Source of the DNA: a virus
Direction: 5' to 3' (one strand)
DNA length: 64,000 nt
Virus record (IMG/VR): IMGVR_UViG_3300022752_000020
Coordinates: 32,001 to 96,000 of that record
Part shown: one piece after another, positions 26,601-38,600 of the stretch
Layout of the letters: each line of letters starts with the position of its first letter
How positions within the stretch are numbered: position 1 is the stretch's first letter
Program-made: the position numbers and the translations under genes
Notes under the pieces: model-generated
Seen by the model: the letters and a program-made list of their open reading frames with translations, nothing else
Database searches by the model: none
What the model was told of the DNA's origin: nothing

Positions 26601-29600
26601 AACCAATGTCCACTGCATTTGGTGTAGCACCATATGGAGTTGAAATTTGTGGTATAGCTCCAGTACCTGTATTTAGAATATTTAGAACTAGATCCATTAG
26701 AGCTGCAACACGATCTTTGGCTAAATCATCGCTCTTAACGATTTCATCAAGAGCAACTTTAACTACACCAAAGGCTGCTATTGTAGCTGGCTTTTGACTG
26801 CCACTACCATTACTACCATTTGTGAATGTACCAGTAAGCACTTGACTACGATAATAGCTACGAGCAGCAACGATAGTTCTAAAGTTACTGTTAAACATCA
26901 TATCCCAACGTACAGCTTCAACAACCAACTGTACATCACGCTGACATTTTTCTATGTTATAGTTTCCTGCTAGTACTGGGAAGTTAGCATTCACATAGTC
27001 TGTTGTAGCTTTAGCTACTGTAGCAGCTTCAGATTTTAACTTGTCGCTGAATACATATAACTCACTATCAACCCAACTTGTGTCTGCTTCAACTTTAATT
27101 GGATCTTCAATCTTTGGATCAATGAAACTGATTATTTGATCAACCAATGTAGTTGCTGTAGCTACTGCACCACCTGCTGCTGCTGTAGTAATCAAGTTCT
27201 TAAAGTAAGCATATGCATCTGCTGTACCTAATTTTTCTGTACCAAGAGCTTCACCATCATAGTAGGCCTTACCTGCTACAATAGTTTCTTGATTACCACC
27301 ATAGGTCAAGTCATATGTAATTGCATCTAATATAAACTTGATATCTTGACGACACTTGGCCTTATTGGCGTTGCTATTTTGCGTCCAATATGTTTCAAAA
27401 GTTGTGTCAAAATTACCGTTTTTATTAGTAACTTGATCATCAATCCACTGTATTAGATCTCTTTCAAGAGTCAGTCTAGCTTGATTAATCTTATTTCTTG
27501 CTGTGATTCTTGATGTTTGATCAGCTACAGCAGCATCATAATCAGCTTGTACATCAAAGTCATTTACATCTAATACTGGAGTTGGATGGATATAGAACGA
27601 TGCGGTGCTATTCTTAACTACTGCACCACTAGCATGACTAAATCCTTGTCTTACTGTGGCACCGTTGATAGCACTGGCAGCAGTTGTAGTACCACTACCT
27701 CTGGTTAAACCTACAAATGTAGTAGCAGTTTTACCTGTGTATGTAATCTGCTCTGTACCAATTACTAGGAAACCTTTATTTGGGAATCCAGTTGTGCTGG
27801 CCACTGTGATTGCTGTGACACTAGCATCTATGGCACCATTCAATGTTGTTGTAGCAGCACCAACTGCTCTTGTACATCCAGTAAATGTATTTGATGTTTT
27901 ATTTGTATAACTAATAGTTTCATCACCAATTACTATACTACCTGCACTTAAGAAATTAGCTGTACCATTATTCACTGTTGTAATTGTACCAACTACAGCA
28001 TTGTTAATAGCACCTAGTGTAGTAGTTACATAACCATCCTTGGCTGGTGTATCTAGACCTGTATCTAAATTAAAGCCTAGGCTTGTTAATGTAGCATTAC
28101 CAGCATCACCTTGTAAAATTGCTAGGAAGATATCAAATAATCTTTCTGCTCTTTCACGTATAGCTATTGTCTTAACTTGACCACTACCACCTGTTGTTGT
28201 ACTTGGAGTACCTGTAGCAACAAACACTTGGTTAGCACTATTACTTAAAGCACCTAACTTGGTATAATCTGTGATATAACGAGCAGTACCTGTACCTGAA
28301 CCAATATCAGCAGCAGTAAATTCATTACCAGCTGCGTAGGTAATACCTGTTGTACCAGCAGCACCATTAAAGTCTGTAATACCTAGTAATACAACCTTAT
28401 ACTTGCCACCAACTACAAAGCTACCTGCTGTTTGTACATCAGCACCTTCTGTTACAATCTTATACTCAACACCTGGTCTCAATGCATCAGCAGCAACTTT
28501 AGCATCTAGAGTTTGTGTATCTAACAAGCCCTGTGTAATAACTTCATCTAATACATCTAGACTTGGTCTTACTTCAAATGTTAGACCTGCTGTAGTACCT
28601 GGAGTTACTCTAATTGGAGCACCATCAATAGTTTCACTTAGCTGGAAACTGGTTGTTGTTGGTGTACCAATGATGTAGTAGGTCTTTGGCTGTGTAGCAA
28701 TGTTGCTGAAATCCTCAAGAGTAGCTGTACCTGTTTGATATGTACCTGCAACACGAACTGGAAGGTCTTTTCTTAATAGACCTGCTCTTGTAGTTGTAGT
28801 ATCTGTACATGTAAACTTGCCAGTAGTTCTTGTGAATATTAGACCAGTTGTGGTATTATTAGCACCAGTAATGGTTGTTACAGCAACAGGATTTGTAGCA
28901 GTTGAACTCAACTTCAACAGTGTTAGTGTTGTAGTATTTGCACCTTTGGTGATTGCACTGACTTTAAATGTCTGTGGTGCTGTGAATTGAGCACCAGCAG
29001 TTACAGTATCATCATCAATGCTTGCTGTACCTGTGGTTACTGTACCTGTTACAGTGATATAATCAGTAGGAGCAATATCTACGGCTGGATTAGGGAAAGT
29101 AATCTGACCAGTAGTATTGTTAATTGTAACAATACTGCTTGTAGCACTTTGAACAAATGTAATTATATCATTAGCGCCATGTGCTTCTGCCACTGTACCG
29201 CCAGTAGCTCTTGTTACACCAGTAAATGTTGTTGCACCTTTACCTGTATATGTAAAGAACTCTGCTCCAATACTAATTGTACCAGCTGTTGGGAATCCAA
29301 CTGTGCTGGCCACTGTTATTGTACCTGCACCTGCTAGTGTATCACCAGATAAAATACCTGTGCTTAGAGTAGTTGTACCAGCATTAAGCACTGTACTATC
29401 TACTGTAACACCACTTAATTTCTTACCTAAAATTCTTTCCTTTAATTCTTGGAATGCTTTTAGGTTAGCAGCAGCTTGAGCACCACTGTTTACCACGTTA
29501 GCAAAACTTCTGCGATAGCTACGTCCTGCACTGATTGTTCTAAAGCTTGTACCAAACATCATATCATAGCGAATAGCATCTAGTACTAGTCCAACATCTC

Positions 29601-32600
29601 TACGACATTTTTCAACATCATAGTTATTTGGTATTTGTACCACATTATTAGTAAATGTATTGATATTGTTTACATAATCAATAATATTGTCTTGATATAT
29701 AGACTTATTATTGTTTAGGGTACTGCTAATTTCCTGTAGCAATGGATCAACCCAAATTTGACCTGGAGCTGTTACACCTGGGATAGCATTATTTCTAGCA
29801 TCAATTAAATTTCTAACTAGTAAAATTAAATCTCTAGCTTCGTTACTAATTTCTGCACTTGCAATTGTAATATCAGCAAGAAGAATAGCTCTAACCTGTT
29901 CTGCTAGGAACTCATAAGCAGCCATTGTTGGCTTAACTTCTGCATCTTGTAGGCTATCAGTAACACCGTCACCTGTACCTTCATAATAAGCATAACCTGC
30001 ATTGAGAGTTTCCATGTTTCCGCCGTAGGTTAAATCATATGCTATAGCATCAATAATAAATCCTACATCTTCTTCACACTTGGTTACTCTTGTACCAGTA
30101 TATGTAAATGTGTACCAAATACTGTCAAGTGGTTGTCCTGCTGCGCTATCATTAATCTGTGTAGTAATCCATGCACTTACAGCAGCCTTCAAATTGGCTT
30201 TTTCATTGCGTAATTTAGTAGCAGCTAGAGCATATTTTGGATTACGTGTTCTGATACCAGCTGGTCTTGGTAATGCATATACACTACCACCAGGAATTGG
30301 CATAGCTGGGCTCTTTGGAACACTGCCACCACCAATAATACTACTGATTAATTCAAAACTCTGTGTTACACTTGCTATAGCAGCAGCATCGTCCAATAGC
30401 TCAACTAGTTTATCCTTGGCAAAATCAATACCACCTAGTGTTTCTTGTAGTTGATCTGTTAGAACCAAGCTACTTGCTGCGCGACGATATGATAGACCTG
30501 CCTTAACACTGTTATAATTTGTACCTAGTAATAGGTCATATAAAGCAGCGTCAATGATCAATCCAACGTCACGACTGCAACGACTTTGATCATAGGTCTT
30601 GTAGTTAGCTGTAATATAAGCAACCACTTCTTCCTTCAAGAATTCCTTATTAGCGATCAAGCTAGCAGCAGCGTTTACAGCATTTGGATTAAATGCAGCA
30701 CCTAATGGAGCTGTATTAACTATTGAGGGAGCTACTTCTACGCCCTTATCAATAATGTCAAACATTAGATCAAACAAGTTTGTAATACGTGCTATAGCAG
30801 CCTCATTCTTTACTAGAGGTGGCTTCTGGCTAACTGCAATTACCTGATCACGAATAAACTTGATAGCCTGTAGTTGTGGACCAATCTGTGTGCTTGTTAC
30901 AACTTGTGCAGCCTTCTGTAAGTATACGCTACCTGCTGTTACACTTTGGAAGTTACTGTTTAGTACCAAGTCATACATAGCAGCATCTATGATCAAGCCT
31001 ACGTCACGAGCACATTTTTCTGTGTTGTATTGTAGGATAAAGCTATCAATATAGTCTGCAATACGAGCCTGTAGTTCACGCTTCTGTTCTTGTACTGCAA
31101 TGCGTACATAGGCCAGTGTTTCGTCACCTGCTAGGAAGTTTGGTTCTTCTCTAACTGGTACTTGTTTTACACCACCTTTAACAACATTAATTACAATGTC
31201 AATTAATTGACTTAATTTCTGTGCTGTTTCTACGCTACCTGCTGTACCTCTGATCTGTTCTAGTTCTGACTGTACACTCTTAACAGTTACATTTTTAGCA
31301 ACGTCAGCTAAAATATAACCAAGATGATTGTAAGCACGGATTGTTGCTTCTTTTTCATCAGATTGCACACTGTCATTTACTGTTACACCTGAGTAGTAGG
31401 CTAGACCAGCTGTATAGCTTTCCATATTACCACCATAGGTTAGGTCGTAATACACAGCATCTAGAATAAAGTCAATATCTTCCTTACACTTAGTTCTATT
31501 GAATACAAATGGACTTGCGAAGCCTTCTCTGTTTTCACGCTTCTGTTGATCAATCCAAGCAATTAATTCTGCTTTGATGAACTCTCTATTTTCTTCAATT
31601 AGATCACGAGCAAGACGATAACCTTCATCTCTACTATTGTTTAAGCCGCCACCTGGTAATGGTAAGCTATATGGTTTCTGTGGTAGAGCTGCTAGTAGGG
31701 CTGCTTCATTTGCTGCCTGTGTAGCATCAATAATATAGTCCATCAATGTGCCAATTCTAGTATAGGCTACACTGTTGGCTACAATACCTGGAATACCGCC
31801 GCCACCTGCTGCATAACCAGCAGCATTTTCATAGGTCTCACCTAGTGTACGCATTCTTGTCTTCAAGAATTCAAACAATAGTTCAGTTGGTTTTGTCTGT
31901 GGATAGTTACTTAGGCTGGTACTACCTGTTGCTAGAGCAGCATTAGCCTGTTGTCTCCAATAGCTACGAGCAGCAGTAATTGTACGGAACTGTGTATTAA
32001 ACATCATGTCATAACGTACTGCATCAATAACTAGACCAACGTCACGCTCACATTTGTCAATGTCATATGTAAACATTTCATAGACTGTGCCTTCACCTGC
32101 TACAGCATTTAGAGGTGTTGTGTTACGAATAAACACATCATCTTGAGCACCTACAGGAGTTGTAGCATATGTAGTCCAACTGGTTGTACCAATAGTCTTG
32201 ATCTTGTATCTCTTACCTGCTACTGTTTGGCTAGCTTTTAGTACTTTTACTACACGACCAGTAGTACCAGTAATAAGAGCATTGTTATATACAAATTCTG
32301 TTCCAGCTGTTTGAGCCCCAGCACTACCAATAGCAGACCAATTTGTGTTACCAACTGTATGAATTACATAACTTTGTCCATTAACTAGGTTATTTGTACC
32401 TGAAACACCAGGTTTTACAGTTGTAGCACCAAACCAATCTGTCCATGTACCATCTCTTGTTACTGTAACTTGAGCTAATGGTCCTGTACCTTCTTGGTTA
32501 CTTGCTGGAGCACTTGTATTGTTTACTCTAGCCATCTTGAGCTGTTGTCTAATGTACTCTGTTACTTGACTCTGTAGACTACTTCTACCTGGATAGCTTG

Positions 32601-35600
32601 TACCGCTGACCACTTGAGCAGCATCACTGGTCTTGTAAAGTACTAATAGGTCATTAGGGAACTTGAGATCATTTGGTACCCAACCATAGCTTGGCTCAAC
32701 AAACGCTGGAGCAGCTACAGCAAAGCTACCATCTTGATTACACAAGTTTCTAATTACCCATGCTAGACTTTGAGCTGTTTGAGCAGCAGCACTGCTACCT
32801 GCATCACCTGGGCTCTGTTTAGCAATAATTCTTAAATCAGCTACATCATCACCTTGTGCTACTAGTTTAACTAGATTAGATAGACGAGTAAATGCAGCAA
32901 TGCTGGCTGTTAGATCATCACCACTAATTGACTCAGTTTGAGATCCTACAAGTTCTCCACTTGCAACGCCGCCAATATAATATGCACCACCAGCAATAAT
33001 ACTTTCCATATTACCGCCATAGGTCATATCATAATATAGTGCATCTAGTATAAGATCCATATCTCTCAAGCATTTTGACTCTACGAAATCTAATGTAGCA
33101 AATGCTGCATCACTTAAGATGTATTTGAGTATTTCAGCTTTTAAGAACTCTCTATTACTTTCAATTAGGTTACGTGCATAACCATAGCTGGCCAAATAGG
33201 TTGTATTATAACCTGTTGGACTTGGGCATGAATATGCTGGGATAACTACTTCACCTTTTGTTACAATATTAATTAATAGATCCATTCTGTCTGCTACACG
33301 CTCTGAAGCTACAGCAACATTCTTTGTTAGATCAACTAATTTTTCTTTTAATAATTTAAATGCTTCAATAGTAGGTACTTTTTGATCACCAACTACCTTG
33401 CTAGCCTGTGCTCTATAGTAAGCACGAGCAGCAGTGATAGTTCTGAAGTTACTATTAAACATCATATCATAACGTACTGCATCAATAATGCTTTCAATAT
33501 CTTCTTGGCAATCAGTTACACTATATTGTAACTCTGGGAAACGATCACTAATATATGTTGTGATAGCTGCCTTAATAGTTGCTGCATTTGAATTCATTAG
33601 TGTACTGCTGGCCACTAGATCAGGATCAACCCAATCTGTTGTAGCTAGTGTTTCGTCAGCTTTAATGCGAGTAAATGTTAGTCCAGTTGTAGATCCTGCT
33701 GTTGTTCCAATCGCTGCATTTGCCAATGTTTGTAGAGTAAATGTAGTTGTACCATTTGTTGCACTGATTTTGTAAGTGCCATTAGTCACTACACCATTTC
33801 CACTATTTGTACCACTAATTGTTACTTGATGTCCAACAACTAAAGTAGTTGCGGCACATTGGAATTGGCCTGCTGTGCCTGTAATAGCGACATTTGTAAG
33901 TGTGGTATTATTAAGGAAACTATTTACATCTAAAATACGATCTCGAGCAAAATCACCAGCACCACTGCTACCAGCACTACCGTTCTTATTTTGTTCCTCT
34001 GTATAAAGAGCAACTTTTTCTAGTACCCAATCTCTTAATTCTTCATACACAGCAATACTTGCATCTTTTTGGTTAGCTAGTACATTTTTTGCACCAGTTA
34101 CACCACGATAGTAAGCATTAGCAGCAAGTTGTGTACGGTAATTTGTACCAAACATTACATCAAATCTTACTGCATCAATAACTGCATCAATGTCCTGCTC
34201 ACATTCAACTTGTAGAGTTTGACCAGTACTGGCTTGAGTTGTTGTATATCCTAGTCCTGGGAACTTATCAGCCATCAATGCTGTTACAGCAGCCTTAACA
34301 TCTACTCTAAACTGTGCTGCATTAATTGCTGTGTTAAGAGTTTGTAGTGTAGTATCAACCCATGTAATTACTGGAGCATCTTTAGCTGTTGCTGTTGCAC
34401 CATCTGTAATAATATCTACAAGTAGTGTCTTAACTAATTCTCTAGCTTTATCGCTGGCTGTGCCTGTAGCATCACCTACACCAACACGCTGTACTTCACG
34501 ACTCTGCTGTTGATTTCTGGTAAATGTTAGACCAGTAGTTGTACCACTTGCACCTGGAGCTGTTACAATAGCTGTACCATCAACATTGGCTAGTCTAATC
34601 TCAGTGCTACTTGTTACTGCAACAACCTTATAAGTCTTAATAACCTGTGTAGCAGGATCTGCACCACCGACTACTAGACCTGTAATTGTTGCGGTACCTG
34701 TATAAGTAGCTGTCTTAGTTGCTGTAATTAAATCACCAACAATCAATGGATTGCTTGGAGCAGTTAGAGTAAATGTACCATCTGTTGTAGCAGTTTTTAC
34801 TGTCATACCTGCTAGAGATTGGCTAATTACTCTTGAACCACTTGTCACAAACTTCAATAAGTTACCTAAGAATCTAAATGCTTGTTGAGTAGCATTTAAT
34901 TCACCAGCACCCAATGTACCTTGAGGACCGCTACCATTAGCATAGTAACTATCAGCAGCGATAAATGTTGCTGTATTACCACCATAGGTTAAGTCATACA
35001 TGATAGCATCTAGAACTAGATCTACATCTCTTTCACACTTAACTTTATTATAATTTGCTGGAGGACTATTAGCATCAATAAATGCTGTTGTCTCTGCAAT
35101 TAAGAACTGCTTATTGCTAGCAATCATCTTTACTGCATTGAAATAGTCTGTATTACCAGCATGAGCACCTGTGGCTGTTGGTTTTGGCATTACGAATGGT
35201 TTTCTTGGAGTAAATCCTGGACCATCTAAAATGATTTTATTCAACAAGTCAAAACTAGCATTTATTCTATCTTTGGCTTGGAATTGACCACTTGGCTTAA
35301 CATCTTTTAGCTGTACAACTTGATCAACAACTTCTTTTAGTCTTTCATAAGCAGCCACTGTTTGAATAATCTGCTTTGGAATTGTTGATTTTGGTGTTAC
35401 TGCACCATCAAAATATGCGATAGCTGCCTGTGTTGTATCAACATTACCACCGTATAACAAGTCATAGCACATGGCATCAATTAAGAAACCAACGTCACGA
35501 GCACACTTGTCTTTGTTATAGGCAAAATTCATATCAACAAAGTCACTTACAGCATTCTTTAACTTGTTAATTGTAGCTGTTGTTGCTAACAATGTATTAA

Positions 35601-38600
35601 ACTTAAGAATATTAGCATCTACCCATGATGTTACTGGTGTTGATGGACTAAATGTGTAGGTTGTTGGATCATTAATATAATTTTTAATAATTGTTACAAG
35701 AGTTTTTGCCTTATCACCACTGGTTCCATTTCCAGCATTGGCTGTTACAGGTTGATTTTGTGTGTAAGCATTGCCATCAGCATCATTATTTGTTGTTAGA
35801 GCCGTACCTTCAGCAACATCTTCAACTAGATCTGCTAGGAAGTTATAAGCAGCCACAGTAGCGGCTGTTTCACCTGCACCTAATGCTAGATTTACACCAC
35901 TTGTACCACCATAATATGCCTTAGCAGCAATAATAGTTTCTAAATTACCACCATATGTTTGGTCATAATAAATTGCATCTAAGATATATTCAACATCTCT
36001 GCGACATGCTGTTTCATCATAGTCTAAACTTGGATAATTTAATGTAATATATGCAACTACTCTATCCTCAATCCAAGCACGATTTGCCTCAATTAAGTTA
36101 CGTGCTTTTAGTCTTTCTGCATTGCTGGCATTATCAGATCCGCTTGTTGGATCTGTTATAATAAATGCTGGCTCAACTGCTAGACCATTCTCAAGTATCT
36201 TAAGAATAGTATCCATGCTACGGCTTACACGCTGAATACTAGCACTTTCTGCTGTAGTTGGATTGTCTGGATCTACTGCTTTAACAATTTCTAATAGTTT
36301 TCCTTTTAAGTATTGGAAACTGGCCAATGTAGCTGTCTTTTGATCTTTAACTACTGTACTAGCCATAGCACGATAATAGCTACGACCAGCTACAATACTA
36401 CGGAAGTTACTGTTAAACATCATGTCATAGCGTACAGCTTCAACTACATAGCCTACATCACGACGACATTTTTCTCTATCATAGCCAAATAGAACATAGT
36501 TATCGTCTACAAAATCTGCAACTTTATTTTTAACATCTTCTTTATTAGCTTGTAATATATCAAAAGATTTCTTAAGAGCTGTATCAATCCAATCTAAACT
36601 AGGTACACTTGGCACTGTGGCTAAATCGGCTACTGGTGGACTCTCAGCCACGCTGTCATCAATCAATTTGATGATTAAATCTACGCATGTACCAATTTCT
36701 TTGGCTGCTGTAGCACTACCATCACTGCCGTTTGGACTACGAACCTGTGTAGTAATATTACCAACTGTTGGTGTCCATACAAGGTCTTGAGCTACACTTT
36801 GTACAACTAACTTCAAGTATTGATATGCACGTAGAGTAGCACTAACTTCATCCATTTGAGTACCGCTTGGATCTAGTTGGCTTAGTGTGCCTACTGCATA
36901 GCTTAAACCTGCTACCTTACTTTCTAGTGTACCACCATAAGTTGTATCATAAAATAGTGCATCAAGAATCAAGTTTAGATCACGACGGCACTTGTCTACA
37001 TCAAATCCAGCTGGGTTAGCATAAGTTGAACTGGTTGCACCTGGAGTAATCTTTTCAAATCTCATTGTAGTTGTGAAACCAGATGAGCTTGTTGTAACAA
37101 CTGGGCTACCGTCTAGGTTAACAATCTTGAATCCTGGTGTATATTCAGTGGCTGTACCTGGATTAGCTCTAGCTTCAACTGTAGCTACCTTGTACACGCT
37201 TGGGCTGTTATAACCACTAATACTTGCACCAGAGAACATCTTACCACTAATTCTAATCAAATCACCAACTGCTAGAGTTGTGAATTCTGATTGTCCAGTT
37301 ACTGGGTTAACACTAAATGAGCCATCTGTTGAAAAAGCACCAATAACACCTTTGAACTTTACAACTCCTTTGACTAGTTCTAATCCTGGTGTGTTAATAT
37401 ATGTTAGAACATCATCAATAATAAACTCTCTATTCTTCTCAACTAGGTCACGAGCACGTTTGTACTCAATGGCACGACCTTTCTCTGGGAATGGCATACG
37501 ATATTTTGGAACTGTTTCTAAACCTTTATCCACAATATCAATAATAATATCCATATTGCTTTCTATACTGTTAACTGCTAATGAGTTAGTCTTAACTAAT
37601 TCTTTAGCTAATTTCCTCAAGTGTCTGAAAGCACCCACTGTGGCTAGTTTTTGATCGCCTTTAACCTTAGCAGCATTAGCTCTATAATAAGCACGACCAG
37701 CACTAATACTACGGAAGTTGCTGGTAAATGCTAGGTCATATGATAATGCATCTACAATTAGTTCAACATCTCTAGCACACTTATCTCTATCAAACTCATT
37801 TAGAGTAAAGTTAGCATCAATGAATCCTACAATTTCATCTTTGATGAATTCAACATTATTACGTAGGATATTAACTGCTGTTTTACGATCTAGGTCTTCC
37901 TCGTTATTTCTTGTTGGGATTGGGAATGTTAATGCTGTACCATAACCATTGATTGGATCATAGCCATAAGCAACACCATTCACTGTAACCTTAGCATTTG
38001 TGATAATATCACCATCTTCATTAACTCTTGCACCGTCTAAAATATCAATAACAATATCAAATCTTGTACTGATTTCTTCTTTAGCACTTGGAGCAACGAT
38101 TCTCTTTAGTGTAATATTTTTGGCAGCTTTCAAGCTGGCTACAGTTTGTACTTTTTGAGCACCAACTACTTCGCTAGCATAAGCACGTAGGTAACTGATA
38201 GCAGCATTAATAGTCTTATAATTACTGCCAAAAACCATGTCACTTAAAATAGCGTCTAAAATTAAACCAACGTCTCTATAGCACTTTGGCTTATTAAAGC
38301 TAAAGTTATCAAAGAAGCTGTTAGCCATAAACTTGATTGTTTCTGTTTTAATATCTTCCTTGGCTGCTAGAACTGCATCACGAATAGCCTTATATGTTGT
38401 AGGCTGATATGTAACAGTTGGATAACCTGTTGTAGTTGTACCTAATGTTAGATCTGTTGCTGTGTTAACACGAGCAAACTTAGTATCACCATCACTAATT
38501 GTATACCAGTTAATGTTAATATATGCTAACATTTCAGCACGGATGAAATCTCTGTTAGCCATCAATAGATCAAAGGCACGTATTTTGTTTGTATCTGTGC

